A stretch of 64,000 bases of DNA from a virus (Duplodnaviria; Caudoviricetes), in the IMG/VR virus record IMGVR_UViG_2929701070_000001, positions 32,001 to 96,000 of that record; one strand, given 5' to 3'. Shown here one piece after another: positions 1 to 9,509 of the stretch; the stretch's first letter is position 1, and every line of letters begins with the position of its first letter. The notes beneath the pieces were generated by a model that was not told where the DNA came from, made no database searches, and saw nothing but the letters and a program-made list of their open reading frames with translations. The position numbers were made by a program, and so were the translations under genes.

Positions 1-702
1 GTGACCCGCCGCGCCGAGCAGTGGCGCACCCGCCCGCCCGCCGACGTCGTCCCACCTGTCACCACCACCGGCGGGACCACCCCCGACACCGGCGGAAGCG
101 GAGACACAGGCACCACGCCGCCGTCCGAGCCGCACACTGCCGGCCCGGACAGCGGCGAACGGTGGACGTCCAGCACTGTCCACGACGACGACTTCTACGT
201 TGCCGGCGGCGCCCGCGGCACGCACGACGGCATGCACAGCGGATGGACGCGCGACGCACCCACCGCACCGAGCAACGCCACGCCCCGCGACCCAATCCGG
301 GTAGACGCCACCGTCGGCGACCTGATCCGCCCCACCCGCAACCAGCCGACCGCCGCACCCGCGGCGATCACCGCAGGAGGAACCATGTCCAACGCCATCG
401 CCCAGCAGGCCGTCACCGGCGTCGTGTCCGGCGCCGCCGAGGCCCGCGCCATCCAGGCCGCAATGAACCAGGCCACCGAGGAGTACATCGCCAAGCTGAA
501 CCGGCTGCGCAGCCGGATCTACTCCCTCGGCGAGCAGACTCTCGGCACCGTGCAGATGTCCGGCCGGTCGCAGGTCGTGGCGAACACCGCCGCCGCCGCG
601 GAGGCCGCCGCCGCGGCGACCGCGAACGCCAAGGCGTGCACCGCCGAGGTGGAACCGTTGCTCGGCAACGTCGCCCGCGCCTTCGACCGCATCAACAGCT
701 GA
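1..702 (+). CDS. 3' part of a plasmid-transfer-region protein (TraA-like position); possible in-frame internal start at 385
   Basis: Open frame from the window edge, Pro/Thr-rich linker then Ala-rich helical C-terminus; GGAGG SD before ATG 385; lies just upstream of the FtsK gene. Confidence 0.45.
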   Translation: MTRRAEQWRTRPPADVVPPVTTTGGTTPDTGGSGDTGTTPPSEPHTAGPDSGERWTSSTVHDDDFYVAGGARGTHDGMHSGWTRDAPTAPSNATPRDPIRVDATVGDLIRPTRNQPTAAPAAITAGGTMSNAIAQQAVTGVVSGAAEARAIQAAMNQATEEYIAKLNRLRSRIYSLGEQTLGTVQMSGRSQVVANTAAAAEAAAAATANAKACTAEVEPLLGNVARAFDRINS

Positions 703-716
703 GAAGCGAACCCGAC

Positions 717-890
717 ATGAGTGGGTTCTCATTCGGTGCGGTGTTTGGCGACGGCGGTGTCCGCCGTGGCGACAAAACGCTGCGATGCCCGTGCGGCAAT
801 GAAACCGATTGGCTGCGCATGGTCAGCGACTCGGAGAAGACCGAGGCAATGTGCGGCGAGTGCGGCCAAACCGTCACGGTTCGCGACTAA
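717..890 (+). CDS. Small Zn-ribbon protein
   Basis: MSGFSF...CPCG...CGECG; fills the gap between neighbouring genes. Confidence 0.5.
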   Translation: MSGFSFGAVFGDGGVRRGDKTLRCPCGNETDWLRMVSDSEKTEAMCGECGQTVTVRD

Positions 891-915
891 CAGATCGAAG
901 AAGAAGGAGGACGCC

Positions 916-3354
916 GTGGCAGTGACGACGCACCGGCCGGCGCCGCTGCCCACCAGCGGCCCCGCAGCCAAGCCCGCCCCCACGCCGGTGCCGGTGGGGG
1001 CGGCGAAGATGCAGACCTGGTACATCGACCCGACCGACGACCGGCGCAAGCGCATGCCGTACCCGGTGCCGGTCGACGCCGACGACCACCTGACCGCGCA
1101 CGTGCGGCACCAGTGCTCGAAGATGCGCAACCTCAACGGCGGCGGCAAAGAACGCTGCACCGAGTTCGCGTGGATGCTGCCTGGGGAGGAGCAGTTCTGC
1201 CAGCGGCACGGCGAGAAGCTGACGCCGCCGCCGTCGAAGCGCACCCGCCTTGCCGCTGTGGTGGGGGAGGCGAAGCGGCTGCACAGCGACTCGGCCGCCC
1301 CGTGGGCGCTGCCTGCCCTGGCCGCCGCCGCCGACACCGCCGCGCACCTCGCCCTGGTGTCGCCGACCGGGACGCTGCTGGCCGCGCCCGCCGCCGCCGG
1401 CGTCACCTACCTGCTGCGCAAGCGCACCCTCACCAAGCGTGCGGTGGCACGTAACCGCATCGAGATGGGCCAGCGCACCGGCAAGCGGGTGCGCGCCATC
1501 GCCCGCCAGGCGCGACGCGACGCGGCCGTCGCCGCCGAGACCGGACTGTGGGCCACCGCTCTCACCGCCACCGACCTCGCCACCTGGCCGGGCCGGATCG
1601 TCGCCGCTGCCGGCATGGTCCGCTGGGCCGTCGGCATGCGCGGCTGGTGGGTCGCCGCCGAAGAACGCCGCGCCCAGCCGCCCGCGCCCGCACCTGTGCA
1701 GGTCACCCCAGCCGACGACGTCAAGCCGGTCGACAACCCCGACCCGGTGCGGCTGCGTGCCGTCACCACGTGGACGATGCTCATAGGCTGCGCCGGCGGG
1801 CCGCTCGCCGGCACCGAACTGGTCGACTACCAGCAGATGCCCGCCTGCGAGGTGGGCGCGCACTCCCGCACCCGGCTGCCGAACTGGACGGCGAAGGTCG
1901 TCGCGAAGATCCCCGGCTCCATCAACATGCGCGAGTCCCGCCCCAACCTGCTCGGCCGGATCGCCGCCGCCTACGGCTGCACCTACGCCGACGTGTCGTT
2001 CAACGCCGACGAGTCCGACCTGTCCATCGGCTGGCTGCGGGTACAGCCGGACAACCTGCTCGCCGAAACGAAAATCTGGCCGGGACCGAAGGCCGCGAAC
2101 GACTGGCGGCGCGGCCGGTCCCGCATCGGCCGGTTCGATGACGGCCGCGACATCTGGTACCAGTGGTGGACGAAGCAGGGTGCCGCCCACGACCTGATCT
2201 CCGGGTGCACCGGCTCCGGCAAGTCCGAGCTCGTCGCGCAGCTGCTGCTCGCGTCCCTGCACTCCGACGGTCTCGTGCTCGACTGGGTGGGTGACCCGCA
2301 GGGCGGGCAGTCGTACGGGCAGTTGAAAAACGCCGTCGACTGGTTCGCCCGCGACACCTCCGAGATCAAGCTGATGCTGCTGGCGGCGTTGAAGGAAATG
2401 CTGCGCCGCAACGACGAACTGTCAGCGAACAACATCAAGACGTGGCAGCCCACCCGGGCGATGCCGCTGCTGGTCATCACCCTGGACGAAGTCCAGTCGT
2501 ACATCGATGACCCGATCATCCTGGAACTGGTGGAGAAGCTGGTCGGGATGGGCCGCAAATGCGGCATCAAGATGCGGCTGATTACCCAGATTCCCGCCGC
2601 CTACAACCTGGGCGGCTCCACCTACATCAAGGAGCAGTTGAAGGCTGGTCAGACGCTGATCTTCCGGGCGATGACTGACATCGCCGGCCGGTCCGCTGTC
2701 GACGGCGACTGCCCGGTCGACCCGACCGAGCTGCCGTCGGTCTGGGGTGCGAACACGTGCGCGGCTGGTGAGACCACCGCCGGGCTGATGTTCGTGCAGG
2801 GCGTCAACGGCCGTGACGTGTATGGCCGCGCCGACTTCACCGGCGAGGACATGGGGGTGTGGCTGGTCGACGGGGAAGGCCAGTCGACGCTGACGCCGGG
2901 GGTGTTCGGGCCGGAGGCGCAGCAGGAGTCGGGGCCGCTGTGGGGCGACCGGAAGGAACGGGCCGCGCTGCTGCTCGCCGCGGGTCGCTCCGACGCGGAC
3001 CTGCTGTCCGGCGGCAAGGCCCTCGAACTGCTGGAGGCCGCCGCGGTTACGCAGGTCACCCCGCAGGCGCTACGCGAGCCGGCGCCGCCGTCGCCCGAGG
3101 CGCAGCGCAACGCGCGCGTGTCCCGGGAGGTGGTGCTGGAGGCCGCGACCAAGGCCGCGAACGACCGCGGCCTGGTCACGAAGGACCAACTCATCGCGCA
3201 GCTCGCCGGGATGGCGGAGCAGATGAAAGACGGCACCCGCGACAAGGCCCTCACCGATCTTGTGGCGGACGGGAAGCTGCGCCGGGTCAAGAACGGCCTG
3301 TACGAGGTGCCTGGGTTGGCGGCCACCCTGTTCGACGCGGGAGCGGCCCGGTGA
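916..3354 (+). CDS. traB: FtsK/SpoIIIE-family DNA translocase, actinomycete TraB-like conjugation protein
   Basis: Walker A GCTGSGKS, Walker B LLVITLDE, GRKCGI..ITQ motif, N-terminal hydrophobic segments, C-terminal winged-helix-like region (ALTDLVADGKLRRVKNGLY); SD AAGGAGG before GTG 916. Confidence 0.8.
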   Translation: MAVTTHRPAPLPTSGPAAKPAPTPVPVGAAKMQTWYIDPTDDRRKRMPYPVPVDADDHLTAHVRHQCSKMRNLNGGGKERCTEFAWMLPGEEQFCQRHGEKLTPPPSKRTRLAAVVGEAKRLHSDSAAPWALPALAAAADTAAHLALVSPTGTLLAAPAAAGVTYLLRKRTLTKRAVARNRIEMGQRTGKRVRAIARQARRDAAVAAETGLWATALTATDLATWPGRIVAAAGMVRWAVGMRGWWVAAEERRAQPPAPAPVQVTPADDVKPVDNPDPVRLRAVTTWTMLIGCAGGPLAGTELVDYQQMPACEVGAHSRTRLPNWTAKVVAKIPGSINMRESRPNLLGRIAAAYGCTYADVSFNADESDLSIGWLRVQPDNLLAETKIWPGPKAANDWRRGRSRIGRFDDGRDIWYQWWTKQGAAHDLISGCTGSGKSELVAQLLLASLHSDGLVLDWVGDPQGGQSYGQLKNAVDWFARDTSEIKLMLLAALKEMLRRNDELSANNIKTWQPTRAMPLLVITLDEVQSYIDDPIILELVEKLVGMGRKCGIKMRLITQIPAAYNLGGSTYIKEQLKAGQTLIFRAMTDIAGRSAVDGDCPVDPTELPSVWGANTCAAGETTAGLMFVQGVNGRDVYGRADFTGEDMGVWLVDGEGQSTLTPGVFGPEAQQESGPLWGDRKERAALLLAAGRSDADLLSGGKALELLEAAAVTQVTPQALREPAPPSPEAQRNARVSREVVLEAATKAANDRGLVTKDQLIAQLAGMAEQMKDGTRDKALTDLVADGKLRRVKNGLYEVPGLAATLFDAGAAR

Positions 3355-4028
3355 GCGCGCCCACCCGCCCGCGGGTGCCGCGCCCCCGCCGGCCCGCGGG
3401 GGAGCGGCGGTGGAGTGTCGTGTACGGCATCCCCACCCTGCCCGTCGACCGGGACGGCCGCATTATCCCGGGCGCCCCGCCGGTGGTCGGCTACATCGGC
3501 CAGTCCGTGCAAACAGTCAAGCAGCGCGAGGACCAGCACCGCGCCGACCAGCCGTTCGGGGACACGATCTGCGGCGGCTCGTGGGTGATCGAGGAGGGCC
3601 TGTGGACGCAGGCCGAGTTGGACGCGCGGGAGCGGCACTACATCCGTCACGGGGCGGTGCTGGTGCCCGGCCAGCCCGCTCAGCGGCCCGTATACAACTA
3701 CGAGCACAACCTCGACAACCCGCACCGGATCGAGGTGTGGCGGGCCAGGCAGCACCGGCAGGTTCGCGAGCCGGGCTGGCAGCCCGCCAGCGGGCGCGTG
3801 GACGTTCAGGCGACCGGCGGCGTGGGCTGGGCGGGCCGCGGCTGGTGGCTGGCCCGTCAGCCGGCCGCGTGGTGGCTGCTGCTGGCCGTGGTGGCGGTCG
3901 CCTGGGTGGGGTCGCTGCCGCAGGCGACGTGGTGGGACGGCGCCGTGTACGTGGCCTGCGCCGCCTGCACGATCGCAGGGCTGCGGATGCCCGGCACGCG
4001 GCGCCGCAGGCGGGGGAGACGACGGTGA
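3351..4028 (+). CDS. GIY-YIG nuclease-like protein with C-terminal transmembrane segments
   Basis: VVYGI...GYIGQS...R..QH...E..YI...YN motif order; two hydrophobic helices and an Arg-rich tail; GTGA overlap with traB stop. Confidence 0.6.
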   Translation: MSAPTRPRVPRPRRPAGERRWSVVYGIPTLPVDRDGRIIPGAPPVVGYIGQSVQTVKQREDQHRADQPFGDTICGGSWVIEEGLWTQAELDARERHYIRHGAVLVPGQPAQRPVYNYEHNLDNPHRIEVWRARQHRQVREPGWQPASGRVDVQATGGVGWAGRGWWLARQPAAWWLLLAVVAVAWVGSLPQATWWDGAVYVACAACTIAGLRMPGTRRRRRGRRR

Positions 4029-4291
4029 CCGTGTGGCGGTGGGAAGCCACCGACCCGCACGGCACAGTGCAGATCGCCGACACCCTGTCGGACCCGTTCG
4101 CGACCACCGCCGAGCAGGCCGCCGAGACCGGGATGGCCCGGCTCATGATCCGCGCCGCCCCCTCCTACCGCCGGCTGCGCGGATGGCGGGTACGTGCGTG
4201 GGCGGACGGGCTGGGGGAGGCGTCGGTGTGCGCCGACGACTGGCTGCGCGCCGACCAGGAAAGCCGAGGGCTGGCGAACAGCCGCCCGTGA
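4025..4291 (+). CDS. Hypothetical protein
   Basis: GTGA-coupled to the upstream gene; GC3-rich codons. Confidence 0.45.
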   Translation: MTVWRWEATDPHGTVQIADTLSDPFATTAEQAAETGMARLMIRAAPSYRRLRGWRVRAWADGLGEASVCADDWLRADQESRGLANSRP

Positions 4292-4313
4292 CATCACATC
4301 GAGAGGAGACAGG

Positions 4314-4508
4314 ATGACCGTGAACATCGCATCCGACGGGGACCGGGCGGCCGTGCAGGTCGGTTATGTGGGCGGCAGCAGTGAGCGCCGTGAGCGTGCC
4401 GAGGTGCCGCCGGAGCCCGGCGACGTGCAGGTGGAGAACATCCGCGAGGGCAACGCTCGTGTCGGCATGCAGGCTGACGTGATCGTGGGGGACCTGCGTA
4501 TCGGTTAG
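4314..4508 (+). CDS. Hypothetical small protein
   Basis: SD GAGGAG before ATG; MTVNIASDGD...VIVGDLRIG. Confidence 0.5.
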   Translation: MTVNIASDGDRAAVQVGYVGGSSERRERAEVPPEPGDVQVENIREGNARVGMQADVIVGDLRIG

Positions 4509-4701
4509 CCTCCCGCTTGTGGAGGTTGAGCATCCGCTGCGGCCCGGGGTGACGGTCATCGTGACACGTCACCTCGGGCCGTACCGTGTGGCGCTGCGCG
4601 GCGAGATGAGCCTCGCCGAGGCGGCGCAGCGGTCAGCCGTTCTGGACCGGCTCGCGGCCGGGGTTGAGGACGAGTCGTTCCCGGATGCCAACCCACCATC
4701 C

Positions 4702-4730
4702 TTGTGCTTCCTAAAATAGGAAGCTATGGT
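4702..4730 (+). promoter_or_regulatory. Sigma70-type promoter with an operator palindrome in the spacer
   Basis: TTGTGC(4702-4707)-N17-TATGGT(4725-4730); perfect inverted repeat GCTTCCTA-AAA-TAGGAAGC at 4706-4724. Confidence 0.75.
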
Positions 4731-4782
4731 GTGGGTGTCAGGTCAGGGGAACAGCCCCAGATCCCACCGGAAGGAACCGGCC

Positions 4783-5088
4783 ATGACCAAGTTTGTTGCT
4801 GCCCTCGCCAACGCCTCCGACGTTGTCTCCGGCGACTACTGCGACGTCAGCGTCATCGAAAGTGAAATCGTCAGCTACCGGGAGGGCCGCGACGGCAACG
4901 ACGTCCCCGAGTACGGCCTGACCGACAAGTTGGCAATGGATGCGGTGGACACCAACGTCCGCACCGACGGCGACATCAAGGCCGCCCTCGCCGACGCCGA
5001 CCGCGTTCTTCGCGATAACGGATGGAACCGCAGCGGCGACTGGGAGCCCAGCCAGAACGCCTACTACGCCGAGGTCGAGCGCGCCTAG
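4783..5088 (+). CDS. Small acidic protein, candidate anti-CRISPR/anti-defence protein
   Basis: 101 aa, D/E-rich, SD GAAGGA; first gene after the operator-bearing promoter and directly upstream of an Aca2-like HTH. Confidence 0.55.
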   Translation: MTKFVAALANASDVVSGDYCDVSVIESEIVSYREGRDGNDVPEYGLTDKLAMDAVDTNVRTDGDIKAALADADRVLRDNGWNRSGDWEPSQNAYYAEVERA

Positions 5089-5159
5089 TTTCCACCTCCC
5101 CCCTGACGGCGCGGCCCCGACCACCCCGGGGTCCGCGCCGCACCTCTTGGAGTCGCACC

Positions 5160-5588
5160 GTGACCACCTACACCGACCCGCCCAACATGCCCGAGGACGA
5201 ACGCATGACCGACGCCGAGTTCCGGGTCGTCCGCGAATACCTCGGCCTCACCGGCGACTGGCTCGCCGGGCACCTCGGGGTGTCCGCCCGAACCGTTCGC
5301 CATTGGGAGCAGGGCAAGTACCCGATCCCCGACGGGGTGCGCCTCGCCATCGAAAGCCTGGAAGCTGAGACCACCGCTTTCGTTGGGGCCGTGGTCGAGA
5401 ACCTGCTCGCCAGCAACGACACAGACCTGGCGGTGGTCACCTACCGCAGCGACGCCGACTACCGGGCGGCGCACCCGCAGCTTGACTGGCCGGCGTCGTG
5501 GCACCGCGCGGTCATCGCACGCGTAGCCCAGGAGGTGTTGGGGCTCGCAATCGTCTACGCGTCCAGCACGGCGGGGGATCCGTCATGA
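5160..5588 (+). CDS. aca2: Aca2/YdiL (DUF1870)-like HTH regulator
   Basis: MTDAEFRVVREYLGLT..LAGHLGVSARTVRHWEQGKYPIPDGV plus C-terminal VTYRSDADYRAAHP..W..VIAR follow the Aca2 pattern. Confidence 0.7.
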   Translation: MTTYTDPPNMPEDERMTDAEFRVVREYLGLTGDWLAGHLGVSARTVRHWEQGKYPIPDGVRLAIESLEAETTAFVGAVVENLLASNDTDLAVVTYRSDADYRAAHPQLDWPASWHRAVIARVAQEVLGLAIVYASSTAGDPS

Positions 5589-6016
5589 CCGGCGTGGGCG
5601 ACCAGGGAACCGCCGATCGGATCGCCCACTACCACCACGGGCTCGCCGACTGGCTACCCGACAGATGCGAGCACATCGGCCAAGGTTCGCAGCGGACCGT
5701 GTACGTCGACCACAACACCGGCACCGTCTACAAGATGGGCGACGACGGGGCGAACCGGCAGGAGGTATGTACGCTAGCCGAGCTGCGCGCCCGGGGAGTT
5801 GACCATGCTCCCCGCGCGACCCTTCACGAGGTGACCGTCCCCGACGGGTACGGCGACACGATCGCCTGCACGGTGGTGGCGATGCCCTACCTGCCCGACG
5901 ACGGCAGCGTGCCGCGCCCGTACCCGATCCTGGAAGGTGCGGCGGATTTCAACCCGAACGGCAACGTCCACGCCAACGGCGGGCAGCTCTGGCTGATCGA
6001 CGCTGGCGGTCTGTGA
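5585..6016 (+). CDS. Minimal protein-kinase-like fold protein
   Basis: IGQGSQRTVY (Gly loop), VYK, alphaC Glu (NRQE), hinge MPYL, DFNPNGN catalytic loop, LIDAG; ATGA overlap with upstream gene. Confidence 0.6.
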   Translation: MTGVGDQGTADRIAHYHHGLADWLPDRCEHIGQGSQRTVYVDHNTGTVYKMGDDGANRQEVCTLAELRARGVDHAPRATLHEVTVPDGYGDTIACTVVAMPYLPDDGSVPRPYPILEGAADFNPNGNVHANGGQLWLIDAGGL

Positions 6017-6211
6017 CCTAGACACGCATCCGCTACACGAGCTCCCCAGACACGGTGAAGGCCCGGCGGGCAGGCCGGGCCTTCACTACGTCGCAACGTC
6101 TCCCAATTCTAGCAGCGCACGAACACGCCGAGTACGGTCGATGTGACCGGCTGGCGTTTGGGCAGGAACGGTCGGCACCACAATCCACCCCTCGGGCAGG
6201 AGGGCACCACC

Positions 6212-7414
6212 ATGGCACGCACCGACTACATCGGCCTACGGGTCGCCCGCTGGCGTGACATCGCCGGCCTCACCCAGTTGGAGCTAGCCGACCGCGTCGG
6301 ATACTCCCGCGAGTACATCTCAATGATCGAAAACGGTTCGCGGATCGTCACCAAACGGTCCCTCCTCATCGCACTCGCCACCGCCCTCGGAGTGAGCGTG
6401 AACGACCTCACCGGCCAACCCGACCGGCCCCGATCCCGCGACGAACTCGCCGTCTACTCCGCCGTACCCAACCTGCGCGGCGCCCTCGATGACGAACCCG
6501 ACACCCTCCACCCCCTACACGTCGACCAGCTCACTGCTGGCGTCGACCAGGCGATGCGCGCCCGCATGATGTGCGACTACCCGGCCCTCGCCCGAATCCT
6601 GCCCAGCCTCATCGCCGACACCCGCCGCCTCGCCGACAGCGACAACCCCGCCGGCCTCGCCCTGTTCGTGCGTGCCGCCGTGTGCGCCGCGCTAACCATC
6701 AAACCGTTCGGCTACGTCGACCTGTCCGCCCGGCTGTCCGAACGCGCCGAACTCGCCGCACGCCTACTCGACCGGCCCGTCGAGCTCGCCGCCGCCCGCT
6801 TCGCCGCCGCGCAAACCGCCCTGTCATCCGGGACCTCCGGCGGGCAACGCCGCTCCCTGCACACCGCCGCGACCGCCGCCGCGCAACTCGGCGACAGCGG
6901 CGGCGACGACCACCTCAGCTGGTACGGCATGCTGCACCTGCACGCCGCACTGTCCGCCGCGTCCCTCGGCCGCACCACCGACGTAGCCACCCACCTCGCC
7001 GAAGCGGAGGCAACGGCGACACGCACCACCTCCGACCCGTGGCGCATGGAGTGGAGCCCCGCCAACGTGGCTGTGTGGCGGGTTGGTGTGGCCGTCGAGA
7101 ACGGCGAACCGGAGCGGGCACCCGAGTACGCGCGCCGTGTCGACCGCACCCAGCTGCGCACCGCCAACCGGCTCGCCCGCCTCCACATCGACGCTGGCCG
7201 CGGCCACTACGCGGCAGGGGAGCCCGAGCAGGCGGTGCGCCGATTCCTGGCCGCCGACGAAGTGTCCGGCCCGGAACTGCGGTCCCGCACGACAGTGCGC
7301 GAAATCGTCGCCCAGCTGGTGCGCGACGCCCGCCGCGGCGGCTCCGACGAACTGCGTGACCTCGCCGTGCGCATGGGTGTCGACCCCCTCGACCCCGACC
7401 ACCACCAGGTGTAA
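6212..7414 (+). CDS. XRE-family HTH regulator with helical-repeat C-terminal domain
   Basis: GLTQLELADRVGYSREYISMIENG HTH followed by ~330 aa of Ala-rich helices; SD CAGGAGG. Confidence 0.85.
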   Translation: MARTDYIGLRVARWRDIAGLTQLELADRVGYSREYISMIENGSRIVTKRSLLIALATALGVSVNDLTGQPDRPRSRDELAVYSAVPNLRGALDDEPDTLHPLHVDQLTAGVDQAMRARMMCDYPALARILPSLIADTRRLADSDNPAGLALFVRAAVCAALTIKPFGYVDLSARLSERAELAARLLDRPVELAAARFAAAQTALSSGTSGGQRRSLHTAATAAAQLGDSGGDDHLSWYGMLHLHAALSAASLGRTTDVATHLAEAEATATRTTSDPWRMEWSPANVAVWRVGVAVENGEPERAPEYARRVDRTQLRTANRLARLHIDAGRGHYAAGEPEQAVRRFLAADEVSGPELRSRTTVREIVAQLVRDARRGGSDELRDLAVRMGVDPLDPDHHQV

Positions 7415-7425
7415 CAGCCTGTTAC
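7411..7425. promoter_or_regulatory. Palindrome, probable XRE operator
   Basis: GTAACA-GCC-TGTTAC overlapping the XRE stop codon, upstream of a TAGGGT -10-like box (7448-7453). Confidence 0.4.
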
Positions 7426-7753
7426 GCAACTTGTACCGACATGCTCCTAGGGTCAGGGTAGAGGCGCGGCGGATCGTGGACAGTAGTCGCGGGTCGCCGC
7501 CGCCGACGTGAGTGTGGCGGCTGGCGGACCCCAGCCCCCCAGCCGCCACACCCCCATCCCACCTTGAGGGGGTCGGTGTGGACGACAGGTGGAGGCAGCA
7601 CAACAACCGGACGGTGCGCGTCACCGCCGACCCACCCCCCGCCGACAACAGCAACGACAGGTCCCGACTGGACAACCGGCGTGACTTCGCCGCCGGCGCA
7701 TCCAGGAACCGGATCAGCCGCAACCAGTCCCGCCGCCACCCGCGGGGGCAGCG

Positions 7754-8002
7754 GTGACCGTCGACCTGAACGTGCCGGCCGGCACCCGCCTGCACCTGCT
7801 CGGCGGCGAAATCCACCCCAACCCGACCGGCCGCGACGAACTCGTGTGGACCGTCGCCGTGTTCACACAGGCCGTCGCCGGCATGGTGTGGGTGCGCGGG
7901 CACGTGTGTGGAGGCCCCGAACCCGACTGCGCCGCTGGCTGGTGCTTCGAGGCGCGTGTCGCCGTGCACGCGATCCGCGCGAACCTGGCAGGTGCCCGAT
8001 GA
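7754..8002 (+). CDS. Hypothetical Cys/His-containing protein
   Basis: GHVC..C..C motif; ATGA-coupled to the next gene. Confidence 0.5.
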   Translation: MTVDLNVPAGTRLHLLGGEIHPNPTGRDELVWTVAVFTQAVAGMVWVRGHVCGGPEPDCAAGWCFEARVAVHAIRANLAGAR

Positions 8003-8232
8003 GCGCCCCCACCCGCGCCCAGGTGAACGACTGGTGGCGCATCCTCGCCGAGCATCAGCAACGCGACGGCCGCTGCCCCCGCTGCGGCACCCGCGGCCGA
8101 TGCTGGGAACGGGCGGCGGCGCTGGCCGAGCTGATCGCCCACGACGTGTACCACCTCGGCCCGCCGCTCACCCCCGCCACGTCAACCGGCGGCAACCCGA
8201 CCGCCGGCCAGCCCGAAGGAGAAGTCCCGTGA
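7999..8232 (+). CDS. Small Zn-finger protein
   Basis: H...CPRCG..C motif; translationally coupled on both sides. Confidence 0.5.
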   Translation: MSAPTRAQVNDWWRILAEHQQRDGRCPRCGTRGRCWERAAALAELIAHDVYHLGPPLTPATSTGGNPTAGQPEGEVP

Positions 8233-8456
8233 CGACCGACCAGCGCCCGCTCGGCCAGTGGTTCAAGTCGAGCAAGTCCGGCCCGAACTGCGACAACTGC
8301 GTGGAGGTGCAGTTCCTCGACGGCGGTGTGGTGCAGACCCGCGACAGCAAGAACCCCGGCGGTGCCGTGCACACGTGGCGGCCGGGTGAGTGGGACGCGT
8401 TCATCGCGGGCGCGAAGTCCGGCGAGTTCGACCGTCCGTCCGCCAGCACCATCTGA
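8229..8456 (+). CDS. DUF397 family protein
   Basis: WFKSSKSG...NCVEV...RDSKNP...W.AF..G.K.GEFD signature. Confidence 0.9.
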   Translation: MTTDQRPLGQWFKSSKSGPNCDNCVEVQFLDGGVVQTRDSKNPGGAVHTWRPGEWDAFIAGAKSGEFDRPSASTI

Positions 8457-8471
8457 CATTCCTCCACCCGA

Positions 8472-8507
8472 CAGAACGGCCCCGCCCACGTCGGCGGGGC
8501 CGTTCTG
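8472..8507. terminator. Intrinsic terminator hairpin
   Basis: CAGAACGGCCCCGCC-cacgtc-GGCGGGGCCGTTCTG. Confidence 0.7.
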
Positions 8508-8574
8508 GTGTAGACAGCGCGACACCCCCGCGACAGTGTCCGTAGGCATTGACGTTTGCCGGTACCGTCACCAC

Positions 8575-9045
8575 ATGGTCGCCGCCCGCCACGCCGCCGC
8601 AGTCCTCACCCTCACCGCCGCCGCCACCCTCACCGCCTGCGGCAGCGACAACAGCAACCCACCCGCACCCGCCAGCGCCCCCACCAGCAGCCGCGCCCCC
8701 CAACCCCACCTGGTACGCGGCACCCTCACCATCGGCTTGCCGAACTTCGCGTGGAACCCCGGCGAGGGATGCTGGGGACGCGAAACCCTCGCCGACGTCA
8801 CCGCAGGCACCCGCGTCATCGTCACCGACAACACCGGCGCGACCGTCGGCATAGGTGCCCTCGACGCCGGCTCGGTGATGATGAACCCCGACGACGCCGA
8901 ACGCGCCCAGTCCTGCCAGTTCACGTTCAAAGTCGCCGACGTGCCAGCAGGGAAAGGCTTCTACGGGGTAGAGATCAGCGGCGTGCCCGGCCGCGTGCAG
9001 GTGCCAGAATCCGACCTAGACGACCTGGTGCAGGTGACGGACTAG
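8575..9045 (+). CDS. Lipoprotein
   Basis: Signal peptide with lipobox LTAC-G, Pro-rich linker, beta-rich domain with a Cys pair. Confidence 0.75.
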   Translation: MVAARHAAAVLTLTAAATLTACGSDNSNPPAPASAPTSSRAPQPHLVRGTLTIGLPNFAWNPGEGCWGRETLADVTAGTRVIVTDNTGATVGIGALDAGSVMMNPDDAERAQSCQFTFKVADVPAGKGFYGVEISGVPGRVQVPESDLDDLVQVTD

Positions 9046-9509
9046 GCAGCCCGGCCCCGTCCGGCCCGACGCTCCGCTGGCCCGCCCGGTCACGGCGCAC
9101 CACCTCACGGGCGAGCCGGTCCACGCCGCGCGCCCGCTCCGCCTGCAACGCTTCCTCCTGCGCCGGGGTGCGCCGACGCGCGGCGCTCACCGCCGCGGTG
9201 ATCGCCGACCACCAGATGTCTGCCCGCATGAAAGTCCCCCCGGCAAGCTGCTTCCCGACAATCATTCATGATCGTCGGTGCGGTCGACCGTCGGCCACCG
9301 GTACGACATCGGCCCCCACCAGGCGAAACGGTGGGGGCCGAACGGCCGGCATGCCGGGTACGGTCAGCGGCGGTAGCGCCGGACCGGCTTACCCGACGCC
9401 AACACACCCACCCCGATCGCCGTGGCGAACGCCCACCCGATCAGGTTGGTGCCCGAACACGCCCCGACCGCCAGGAACACCCCCAACGCCACCCACAGCC
9501 GCGCCCCAC

